64,000 nucleotides of DNA from Octopus sinensis. Lineage: Eukaryota. Under the pieces are notes generated by a model that had not been told where the DNA came from, ran no database searches, and worked only from the letters and a program-made list of their open reading frames with translations. The position numbers and the translations under genes are program-made. Shown piece by piece: positions 49,651 to 60,501 of this stretch. The DNA is taken from assembly GCF_006345805.1 (NCBI RefSeq), contig NC_043009.1:72230001-72294000 (forward strand), in the 5' to 3' direction. Within the stretch, counting starts at the first letter, position 1. Each line of letters starts with the position of its first letter.

Positions 49651-49964
49651 TCTTAGGATGTGCTAGAAACAATAGCCAAATCTCCTTTGAATCGAACACC
49701 ATTTTGTCTGAAATATATATATATATTTTTTTTTTACTGAAAGGGCTCCTATCACAGATTTTAAGGGCAAAACAAATTGGCCTAGGTCAGTCCAAAGTTT
49801 GATGGTGAGGAGGGAATAATAAAATCACATTTCCAAAACTTTCTTTGTGTTATAATGCTTTTAATGCAGGAAAGGCTATTTGCTGAGTTTTTTATGTGTA
49901 TATTGTTCAGCAAAAAAAATAAATGATTTATGCATTTATTTGTATGTTTTATTTCATATTTATT

Positions 49965-50465
49965 TTGCATTTGGCTATATGTTTGTGAAAGTAGCACTAT
50001 ATCATTTGCAAAGTTGAGATCTTCTAGAGCTTCCGCATCCGTCCATTCAATGCCTGTTTGGCTTTCAATCGTAGTTTCCTTCATAATCCAATCTATAACT
50101 AGTAGAAATAAGAAGGGAGAAAGTATACAGCCCTGTCGAACTCCTGTTTTTACTCCGAATTTATCTGTAGCTCCGTTTCCATGCAAGACTCGGCATGACA
50201 TTCCTTGGTAAGTTGCTCTTATTATAGATATATACTTATCTGGTATGCGCAGTGCTGCATAATTTTCCATAAGCCTTCCCTATCTACACTATAGAAGGAG
50301 AGGTAGGCCTAAGAACTCGTGGCGGAGATCAACACAAAAGGAACTAGAGAAAGGGGGACAGTCATGGCAGAGTATAAGTACAGAAGCCAAAATTTATGTG
50401 ACATGGAATTCAACCATAAGTGGCCTATACTCCACATTGGAGGGTTAAAGGCATAAAGTAAAGTT
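49965..50465. mobile_element. RTE-clade (SR2-like) LINE pieces joined head to head; mirrored at about 51815-52310
   Basis: Minus-strand RT piece GVRQGCILSPFLFLLVIDWIM..LEDLNFANDIVLL abuts plus-strand 3' end RGRPKNSWRRS.. with a TAAAG-like tail. Confidence 0.7.
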
Positions 50466-50539
50466 CAAAAGTTTAATTCATATTTAATACCAGGGGTTGA
50501 AAAAACAGGATGAAAAATGGGATCCTGAATGAAAAAAGT

Positions 50540-50880
50540 TTAAGGGCCGCTGCCCTATATGGATGATGTGAAGCTTTCAAGTAAGAAAGATGAAGAGATA
50601 GATTTCTTAATACAGACTGTAAGACTCTTCAGCAAAGATATAGGCATGGAATTTGGCATAGATAAGTGTACAATATTAGTCATGAGAAGGGGACAGGTAG
50701 GCAACAGCGAAGGCATCCAATTACAAGATGGTCAGACATTAAAATCATTGAAAGGAGGAGAGAGTTATAAGTATCTAGGAGTATTAGAGTGTGACAGAAT
50801 ACTAACTACAGAAATCAAAACGAAAATTGAGGAGTACATCAGAAGGGTGAGGAAGCTAACGAAGTCAAATTTGCTTATCA
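50540..50880 (+). mobile_element. R4/Dong-like RT fragment; mirrored at about 51430-51740
   Basis: YMDDVKL..LIQTVRLFSKDIGMEFGIDKC..SYKYLGVLE..EYIRRVRKL. Confidence 0.8.
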
Positions 50881-53254
50881 GTTGTTTGACCTTAACCAGT
50901 TGAGCATGTCACTTAGTGGCTGACAATATATGCATCTCTGATCACGAGCAGAAGTAGTGGGGGAGCATCATAGCCATGTGTTGAGAGGGATTCTTTGGGG
51001 TTTGGATAATTCACCTCTGGAAACATGGGTGTTTGGTTTAACATCCTTAAACAACTATTATTCAGAGACCTTTTGAGCAGAATGGGCTACTCAACCTGGA
51101 GAAAATTGTGACTGGGCCCCTCTTGCACATGCACCACAAACATATGTGCGCGACATAGTGATCTCTTGCTTGACTTTGCAAGAGGGGCCCAGTCACAATT
51201 TTCTCCAGGTTGAGTAGCCCATTCTGCTCAAAAGGTCTCTGAATAATAGTTGTTTAAGGATGTTAAACCAAACACCCATGTTTCCAGAGGTGAATTATCC
51301 AAACCCCAAAGAATCCCTCTCAACACATGGCTCCCCCACTACTTCTGCTCGTGATCAGAGATGCATATATTGTCAGCCACTAAGTGACATGCTCAACTGG
51401 TTAAGGTCAAACAACTGATAAGCAAATTTGACTTCGTTAGCTTCCTCACCCTTCTGATGTACTTTTGATTTCTGTAGTTAGTATTCTGTCACACTCTAAT
51501 ACTCCTAGATACTTATAACTCTCTCCTCCTTTCAATGATTTTAATGTCTGACCATCTTGTAATTGGATGCCTTCGCTGTTGCCTACCTGTCCCCTTCTCA
51601 TGACTAATATTGTACACTTATCTATGCCAAATTCCATGCCTATATCTTTGCTGAAGAGTCTTACAGTCTGTATTAAGAAATCCATCTCTTCATCTTTCTT
51701 ACTTGAAAGCTTCACATCATCCATATAGGGCAGCGGCCTTAAACTTTTTCATTCAGGATCCCATTTTTCATCCTGTTTTTTCAACCCCTGGTATTAAATA
51801 TGAATTAAACTTTTGAACTTTACTTTATGCCTTTAACCCTCCAATGTGGAGTATAGGCCACTTATGGTTGAATTCCATGTCACATAAATTTTGGCTTCTG
51901 TACTTATACTCTGCCATGACTGTCCCCCTTTCTCTAGTTCCTTTTGTGTTGATCTCCGCACGAGTTCTTAGGCCTACCTCTCCTTCTATAGTGTAGATAG
52001 GGGAAGGCTTATGGAAAATTATGCAGCACTGCGCATACCAGATAAGTATATATCTATAATAAGAGCAACTTACCAAGGAATGTCATGCCGAGTCTTGCAT
52101 GGAAACGGAGCTACAGATAAATTCGGAGTAAAAACAGGAGTTCGACAGGGCTGTGTATACTTTCTCCCTTCTTATTTCTACTATATAGATTGGATTATGA
52201 AGGAAACTACGATTGAAAGCCAACAGGCATTGAATGGACGGATGCGGAAGCTCTAGAAGATCTCAACTTTGCAAATGATATAGTGCTACTTTCACAACAT
52301 ATAGCCAAATGCAAAATAAATATGAAATAAAACATACAAAAAATGCATAAATCATTTATTTTTTTTGCTGAACAATATACACATAAAAAAGTAGTTATAT
52401 TATTTGTCAAAATAACAGTAATTTTAGGATTTGTGTGTTTGTGAAATAACATATAAACTGAAATTTAAGTGCTTGAATTTAATGTTCGCGAGCCTCTTTG
52501 GGGTTGTGACCCATAGTTTAAGAAGCGCTGATTTAGAGCAAATGGTTTATTTTTCTCTTACTATTTCTGAACAGATACCCTGTTTTTACCTTCCTTGCTA
52601 TTAAAGAGAGGGGGATCAAAGAGAAGATGTATATTAGAGGGGATAGCAAGTTCCCTTGGAAAATCTCTTTTGATATTAATTTTCCCTAAAATGGTCTCAT
52701 CTGAGTAGAGGTTTCTTCATGCTAAAGCTTATTAACTCTTTTATGTTGTCTGCTATACTGAATATATTCAAACATTCATTTACACATGAGTGTGGTATCA
52801 TATCATAGGCTTTCCTATAATCTATTCATGCTATTGTTAGAGTTTTCTTTCTAGCTTTTACTTCATTTAGAACTGCTTTTTCTATGTATAATAAACAAAG
52901 AAAATTTTATAATAAAAGAAAATCAAAATACCTGTTCCATTTTGGGAAGGTTTCAATTCTTTTCTCAACTTTTTGAACAGAAAACAAGCAAATATGAGCC
53001 ATCCAAGGAATATAACATAAGATACCACCAGAAGAACAATAGGAAAAATAATCGTTTGACTTCATTTCAGGCAAAGCACCAAGGAAGTAATTGCGAGTGC
53101 CTTAGTGAATAGAAATACACACACGGCAATGAAGGCGGAATACTTTCTTGAGAGAGAATTGTCTGGAAAAGATCATGTAAGAGTATTATAAGATTTTAGA
53201 TATCATGATGGAGAATTATCAGATGAGAAGACAATGTGTTGTTAGAATCAGTAA

Positions 53255-53400
53255 GAGGCCGGATAAAATGCTCAGTGACATTTCATCCGTCTTTATGTTC
53301 TGAGTTTATATTCATCCATGATCGACTTTCACTTTTATCCTTTCGGATTCGATATAATAAGTACCAGCTGAGCAATGGGGTTGATGTAATCGACAAGAAA
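53255..53400 (+). mobile_element. Degenerate SINE (2728 family)
   Basis: aaatgctcagtgacatttc..gttctgagtt..ataagtaccag..ggggttgatgtaatcgac. Confidence 0.5.
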
Positions 53401-53820
53401 GCAGAAATTGAAATAAAGCCATGAAGACAATGATCCAGGTACATCTTCTTGGTATAGGACCTTTACCTGAAAAAGATCACGAAAGAATATTTCAATATGA
53501 TAAGCCTTATAATACAATACCGTGCAAAAGTCTTTGGTCACTTTAAACTATTGTAAATTTCTACTAATTGCCAAATTATAAGTGGATGATTTGCATTGCA
53601 TTTCTTTACAGATGAAACACTGGCCTTGCTGGAGTCATTTCTATACCTAATCTTTTTATTTCATGGTAGTGGTTCTGAATTAGAGGGGAAGATGTGAGAC
53701 AACCACCAAAAATGGCTGAGAAAAAGTTTTTGGACCCCTCACATAAACCAATCAAGATAGTGTTTTAAAACGAAAAAATGTCTGTCATGAAAATATATTA
53801 CATAACATAATTTATTACAT

Positions 53821-54250
53821 AGGCAAAGGAGTGGCTGTGTGGTAAGTAGCTTGCTTACCAACCACATGGTTCCGGGTTCAGTCCTGCTGTGTGGCACCTT
53901 GGGCAAGTGTCTTCTACTATAGCCTCGGGCTGACCAAAGCCTTGTGAGTGGATTTGGTAGACGGAAACTGAAAGAAGCCCGTTCGTATATATATATATAT
54001 ATAATATTATATATATATATATAGTATGTATGTGTATAGTTTGTGTGTTTGTGTTTGTTCCCCTAACATCGCTTGACAACCGATGCTGGTATGTTTACAT
54101 CCCTGTAACTTAGTGGTTCAGCAAAAGAGACTGATAGAATAAGTACTAGGCTTACAAAGAATAAGTCCTGGGGTCGATTTGCTCAACTAAAGGTGGTGCT
54201 CCAGTACACCCACAGTCAGATGACTGAAACAAGTAAAAGAGTAAGAGTAA
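53821..54250 (+). mobile_element. Full-length tRNA-derived SINE (27748 family)
   Basis: Collinear with 27748-28165. Confidence 0.85.
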
Positions 54251-54277
54251 CGTTCTCTTCAAGAAGTTACTGTACGT

Positions 54278-54535
54278 TGTTAATATTTCTTGTGGCTTCC
54301 TTAGTTTGAAGAAGAGCTTCAATGCACCTGTGGTGAGATGCATACAAATCCTTTCCCATCTTCACAGGTCTGAGATACCATTCCCTGTGGCTGAGCTCCT
54401 ACAACTCTTCAAGTTTGCATGAACTCTTCTCTTTAGTTCTATCCGCATTTGCTTGAAGATATTTAAGTTAGGGCTCTGAGCTGGCCAATCTTTCAATACG
54501 GTAACATTTTCATCAGTGGTCAAAATCCTTTCAAA
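54278..54535 (-). mobile_element. Tc1/mariner transposase C-terminal remnant
   Basis: DWPAQSPNLN..MRIELKRRV (WP.QSPDLNPIE motif), then RCIEALLQTK. Confidence 0.7.
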
Positions 54536-55299
54536 ACATAGACGAAAGAATGAACACAAATAAATATACAAACTATACAAAGTATCACCCTAAAAATGTA
54601 TCACTTATCAATGCAGTCAATAAAACGCAACAGTTAATGGCTGTGGTGGCAGTACCAGATGACTTGTTGACTTCAGGATCAATTAAGGAGAGTCATGCTT
54701 TAAATGAGATAAAATGGAAAATGTACGACCCATCCTTGACATCTGCTGAATAAAGAGCAAAATATTATCTGACACACGTTTCGACAGCACTAATTGTTGG
54801 ATACTGATATGCAATGAGATTTGTATTATTGGTACGATCTCTTGAGGGTGCATGAATTTGACACTGTATAATATGACCAACTCTGAAACCCATCAAATAA
54901 CCATGTGACTACAAAGAATGTAAAATCATTCAAAAGAAAAGTATTCTATAAATAACCACTTCTCAACAGACGAAGGAATTCTACCAACTTCAACAAAAAC
55001 TGTTACTGGTGCTGCTGAATTTTACACAAACAATCAGTTATGAAAAATACCTCATCGATGGACGTCAGGATTTACTACTAATAACACCATGCCTAATTCA
55101 AAATGATAACGGAGGAAAATTCCTATTTCAATAGTGTCATATTTATTTATACGCCCTGAAGAGATTGTGCTAATAATGCATAAGTTGTTGTATGCAACAA
55201 TATGCAATTAATGTGATCGAATCACATGTGTCAGAAAATTATTATGCATAAACCAACTGTTAAAAGAGATAAAAATAATTGAAGTGGATAATGACAGAA

Positions 55300-55545
55300 C
55301 ATTCATCTGCGGATCCATTGAGAGTTCTTTGGGCCTCCAAATATTGTTATGTCATTATTTTGCTGCTCTTAACAAAATCATAAATCATGGCTTAGACACT
55401 TCAGGTTTCGCTTCTCAGTATGATCTAGCAGGGCTAGACCAAGGGGACAGTAAAAAGCCTGACGGTATGACAGTTTTCCCACTCGGAGTCGGTAGGGCCT
55501 TTATATGGGAGGACAAATGCTGTGTCACCTTATACTTCAGCAGCT
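55300..55545 (+). mobile_element. CRE/NeSL-like non-LTR REL-endonuclease fragment
   Basis: ALNKIINHGLD..GLDQGDSKKPDGMTVFP..GRAFIWE resembles RH..LN.I..R....RPDG.T..P...G..L.WD. Confidence 0.55.
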
Positions 55546-56084
55546 TGGTGTGTTTAGATACCAGCCCACATAAAAGAAGCCCTTGCCGATGACGTGTGAA
55601 GATAACTCTTGGTAGTAACCCATAAAAAGCATCTGAGCTGGTGACGCTTAAGGGACACTCAGTACCCTTTGTGGATTAGTTGGCATTAGAAACCAAGCCA
55701 GAACAAACGAATGGGACCTGTACCAGTTCTGCTTAACAGTTCCAGTTAAACCGTCTAACACAGCATAAATGAAAAGGGACATTAAATGATGATGGTGATG
55801 ATGATGATGAGGAGGACGAGGAAGAAGGGGAGGTGGCAGGGGAAAGAAAATTGAAAACAACTATCAAATGAATTCTATTAAAATTCTTCACTTACAATTA
55901 ACGTGAAAATGTTGATCTTCTCTGAATATTTCGCCAATAATGAAACTGCATGTCACATTTCCAGAATAATCCAATAAAGTTAATGTTGTGATGTTGCTGA
56001 AAGTTCTTCCATCAGAAGACTTGTTCTCACGGACATTGCTAAATTCCAAAAGTTTCTGAGAAAGGAAAATATGACGAATTACAC

Positions 56085-56260
56085 AGGCGCAAGAGTATCT
56101 GTGTGGTAAGAAGCTTGCTTCGCAACCACATGTTTCCAGGTTTAGTTCCACTGAGGGGTAACTTGGGCAAGCGTCTTCCACTATACTCTTATGCCGACCA
56201 ATGACTTGTGAAGGGATTTGATTGATGGAAACTAAAAGAAGCCCACCATGTGTATGTATA
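56085..56260 (+). mobile_element. Partial SINE (27748 family)
   Basis: gtgtggtaagaagcttgct..ttgggcaagcgtctt..ttgatggaaactaaaagaagccc. Confidence 0.6.
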
Positions 56261-56329
56261 TGTTTATATATTAAATAAAACAGGATGACTATGATAAATT
56301 TTATTTACTGCATATACTTAATGTATATA

Positions 56330-56631
56330 AAGATAAACATTGCCCTTTTCAAGTCTTGCCTGGTTTCCTGGTTTCTGTGGCGTATGTTCCCCTCCCCCCA
56401 CTCAGCTGGACGGGACGCCAGTCCATCGCAGCGTTACTCAAGAAACAGGAAGAAGAGTGAGAGAAGGTTGTGTCGAAAGAGTACAACAGGGGTCGCCACC
56501 ACTCCCTGCTGGAGCCTCGTGGTGCTTTAGGTGTTTTTGCTCAATAAACACACAACGCCGGTTGGGAATCGAAACCACGATCCTTCGACTGCGAGTCCAC
56601 TGCCCTAACCACTGGGCCATTGTGCCTCCAC
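56330..56631 (-). mobile_element. tRNA-derived SINE with 14-bp TSD
   Basis: ACTTAATGTATATA at 56316-56329 and 56632-56645; body matches 47312-47620. Confidence 0.9.
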
Positions 56632-56993
56632 ACTTAATGTATATACTTTGTGTATTTCCCCAGGGCTGTCACAGAGTGGGTATGAAACACCTCAGACGTT
56701 GACAGGTGAAACAACTCACCACCAATCCCATTTAGGAATGATGGACACAGCGTGTTTGATAATTTTTAGAGATTATGTGCACCACCTGTACGCCTGTCTC
56801 CATCTCATGTGTTTCACGCCATGTCTGAGGTGTTTTAAAGCTTCTAAGTCCTTCTCAATTGGTAAAAATAATCAAACTTTAAATCTCTGTAACTATTTTC
56901 GAAAATATTTCTGAAATAATTAAATCAAATTCAGTGCAAAGAATTCCTACAATATACCAAATTTGAAAATTCTCACTTAATTTTATAATTTTA

Positions 56994-58745
56994 CTAGCAG
57001 AGATACCCAGCGGTTGTCCCGGTTACATTCAATAGAAGAATTATTTTTTTTCTGTTATATAATATATATATATATAGTATATATATATATATATGGATAC
57101 CACACACACACACACACACACACAAAATATATGTATATTAATATAAAATACATGAAAGTACATGAAGTTTGTTAAAAAAAAGGGGATCGTGTATATACCT
57201 CCTGGCTGTTGAGATTATAACACCTCGTTGTAAACAATGTTCCTTGTTTTTCCTTGTGGAGCATATACAAAAAGGTTCTTTTGGTTCCTACTCTTGAGCA
57301 GCCAACATACAGTTGCCTATGCGAGAAGAGCAGGGCTCTTCCAAGAGAAGACCAGCTACAGAGGGGTTTGACCCTGAGATTTGTTAATGGACATGGCAAA
57401 GCTGACACGAAGGGAGAATTGCAGTCTTCTGAATGTAAATGGAATTTCTGCTCCTGATGGAGTAAGAAGAAATCTGGAATAAAGACGTCATCACCTTTTC
57501 CACATCCAGAAAGAATGATCGCCTTGATAACGTGTGAGTGATATCATTTTCTTTATCACCAGTCGTGTTCCATTGCAAAGTGTTGGTGGTTCCAGATTGC
57601 GGAGTAGCATTACAGGAGTTCCAACTTTAAGTGGTGATATGTGTGGAGGTAGTCGAGGAGGCTCCAGTGAATTGAGAAATCCGAGGAGTTAGTACAACTT
57701 CATTTATATCCGGAATTGTATCAACAGACTTGTAAGTGTGTATAGTGCCGGGAAGAGAATGCATTAGCTGTTGATTAATTTGTTAACAGTGACGTTTTTG
57801 GAGCTAATATTGCTCTTCACACAGCCAATTGTGATTTGGTAGTTTTGTGTGAAGCTGGGAAAGACTTTGTATTTGAGGTCATCTAGAATTAACAACAGAG
57901 GAAAATGACCACACTTCCATTGTCCTGCAGCATCGAGAGGCATCTTGCCTTCACAAGTGTCAAAATGTCCTGTGCAAACTTTGTGGACATTTGTCGCCGT
58001 GTAGCTGAGCTCTCATGTTAGTGGTGAGACTAAAGATTGTAACATGATGCCACAGGGTAGAGGGACTTTAGGCATGCTTGAACTTCATCAGCTCTAGTGT
58101 CTTTCGGAATGACAGGAAGAGTTTGCCTGAAATCACTGACAACAGAAGCGTTTACACCTCCCATTGGAGCCTGACAGTCTCGGATGTCTTTCAGGGCTCT
58201 ATCTAATGCTCCAAGCTCCCTTGTGAGCCATAGTGCACTCATCCCAGACAATTACATAAACACATTTAAGTACTTGTCCCTGATCAGAGCTTTTGTTGAT
58301 GTTGCATGAATGCATTTCGGATGCTTGCTAATTGAGAGGGAGTTTAAAAGTTGAGTGTGCTGTCCTGCCACCGTGTAACAAAGTAGCTGCAATGTCAGAG
58401 GAGGCTACAGCTACTGCAATGTCCTGATGCTACCTAACTTCTGCAAGGAGAAGCTTTGTAATAAATGTTTTTCCTGTCCCTCCAGGAGCATCGAGGAAGA
58501 AGATTCGTCCCTCGCGTTGGCGTACACTGTTAAGAATAGTTCTGTAGGCTGCAGCTGGTCCGGAAGTAATTAGGCTCATTTTCAACAATGTACTTTGAAA
58601 GCACTTGAGTGTCGTAGGTTGTTTCACGAATGACAGCAGTGTGGGAAGGCTATTTGACCCTGACCTGAATGCTTGTGGCAGGCCATACGTCGACAATTCA
58701 TTTCCACCCAGTTTAGCAATTCTGTCTTCAACGTCAATGAGTGTT
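56994..58745 (-). mobile_element. Helitron 3' portion with a decayed PIF1-type helicase
   Basis: FFLDAPGGTGKTF, VAVASSDIAATLLHGGRTAHSTFKLP, DFRQTLPVIP..ADEVQACLKS, APKNVTV, SFAMSINKSQGQT, QLYVGCSRV; terminus GC-rich near-palindrome then CTAG|T at 56994. Confidence 0.85.
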
Positions 58746-58879
58746 TGTTATAGATTTAATTGAGATACCCTCCATGTCAGGATAGAGCAGTTGAGCTTGG
58801 TGCTGAAGGGGACAATGTTTTTAGATTCCGGTTCGAATGTAAGGCAGGTTTGAAAGTGTTCCCAACAGTTATTAGTTGT

Positions 58880-59075
58880 AGTGTGTAGAGTGTTTATGCC
58901 GAATATGTGTATGCATGTATATATGTATGTATGCCTGTATATATGTACAAAGTCCACTGAGAAGGCTTTTGTTGGTCTGAAGCTACAGCAGAAGACACAT
59001 GCCAAGTCACCACACAGTGGGACTGAAACCAGGACCATGTGTTTGGAACGTAGTTTGTTACCACACAGTATGTGT
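58880..59075 (-). mobile_element. Partial SINE (27748 family)
   Basis: gaagacacatgccaagtcaccacacagtgggactgaaaccaggaccatgt is the reverse complement of the family head. Confidence 0.55.
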
Positions 59076-59661
59076 GTGGTGTGTGTGCGTATGTGTGTAT
59101 GGGTAGATATATTATGCATGTATATATGTGTATAATATGTGTACATATTACATGTACATCTATATATATACATCTACACATAAAATACAAAATACAAAGT
59201 TATATCTTGATATTGCTAGTGATAACAATACTCAAAATATATAACAGACTGGAATTGTAGGCCCATCTCTTGCAATTACGATCAATTGGATCTTGTCCTC
59301 CCTCTTATATAGAAGTGTACGGCTGCAGCGAAATTCATTTTTGGACTTTCTTCTATCGAAGGCATTTTAACAAAAATGCTTCTGTAAAGACGGTGAAAAT
59401 ATTGTCAATTTTCCCAAACAGGGACACAATTCAATTTTTAAACAATAACCAAAGCCCCTTCTCCGAAAGGGGGAGGGTTACGGTTTACAATTATTTAACA
59501 AATGCAACACAACAACATTTCCCTGACGAGGAACCAACAAACGTGATTACAATAGTCAAACAGTAATAATAATAACAACAAACCTTTTTAATTTATCCCC
59601 ATTTATGTGAAACCACTTATTCAAGTTCAAGTCATTGATGCAATTTTATACGAATTGCTAA

Positions 59662-59665
59662 TACA

Positions 59666-59712
<47 letters not shown>
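59662..59712. repeat. (CA)n microsatellite
   Basis: Directly visible. Confidence 0.95.
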
Positions 59713-59715
<3 letters not shown>

Positions 59716-60501
59716 AGGGTGAAAAATTGATTATTAATTTGATTAATATGAATTGAAAACCAGTGGTGTAGCATATAAGACCATAGCGGATCTTCTTCTA
59801 GTAAAAAGGATGACCACTATTAATGGCTCATCCCTGTTATATAACACTTTCACTTTAATAGTTTCCCACTTGCAAAGAGAAAGTAGGAGAAAGTGTGGTG
59901 GTAATAGCAGGAGTAAACCACTTGAAATGAGAGAGGAAAATCGTAAAATATTGAGTTTTTTCGAATTTTTGCTTAATTGGGGGTCAAATTGAAAGAACTT
60001 TATATGCCATGACCCAATCGAATCTACTTTGAAAAATCATAGGTAAATTCCAATTGAAGAAATTCTATATTGTAGAATTGTATTAAAAAGGAACATGGGA
60101 ACAGGCAGAGAAAATCTGCCTTTTATCATAAGAGATGAATTGTGAACAAGACAGAAAATATGTGCCATATAGAAAGAAATAAAACAATATTCCATTGACT
60201 TACATTTCCATCGAAACACTCGATTGATGTGAGAGGAAGGGAATTCCTCGCTATTATTTTGTATTCGCAGCTTCTGTTTGTGATTTCAATTTTCGGTTTC
60301 ACTGTAATATATGTTACAAACATGCTTATGAACTGTAAAGAGAGTTGATACCGTTTACAAATAATGTCGTCTCTATTTTCTGTTTTTTATTGTCTTTTAT
60401 GTGATTCAGATATTTGACTGCAGCCATATGGGACATTTGAAAAAATTTAGTTGAAGAAATAAAATCCAATCCTATGTACCTATATATGTATGTGAGTGTA
60501 T

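Larger units (their letters stand above)
49888..52390. repeat. Giant near-perfect inverted repeat: arms 49888-51127 and 51177-52390, 49-bp spacer
   Basis: Mirror-image ORFs (49782-50270 - and 52011-52256 +; 50559-50903 + and 51446-51724 -); centre ..gggcccctcttgca [49 nt] tgcaagaggggccc.. Confidence 0.95.

Noticed and set aside
51128-51176. Palindrome spacer as a PacBio SMRTbell adapter remnant
   Set aside because: It does not resemble the adapter (no CAACAACAAC/GGAGGAGGAG) and looks genomic; this does not exclude other fold-back artefacts
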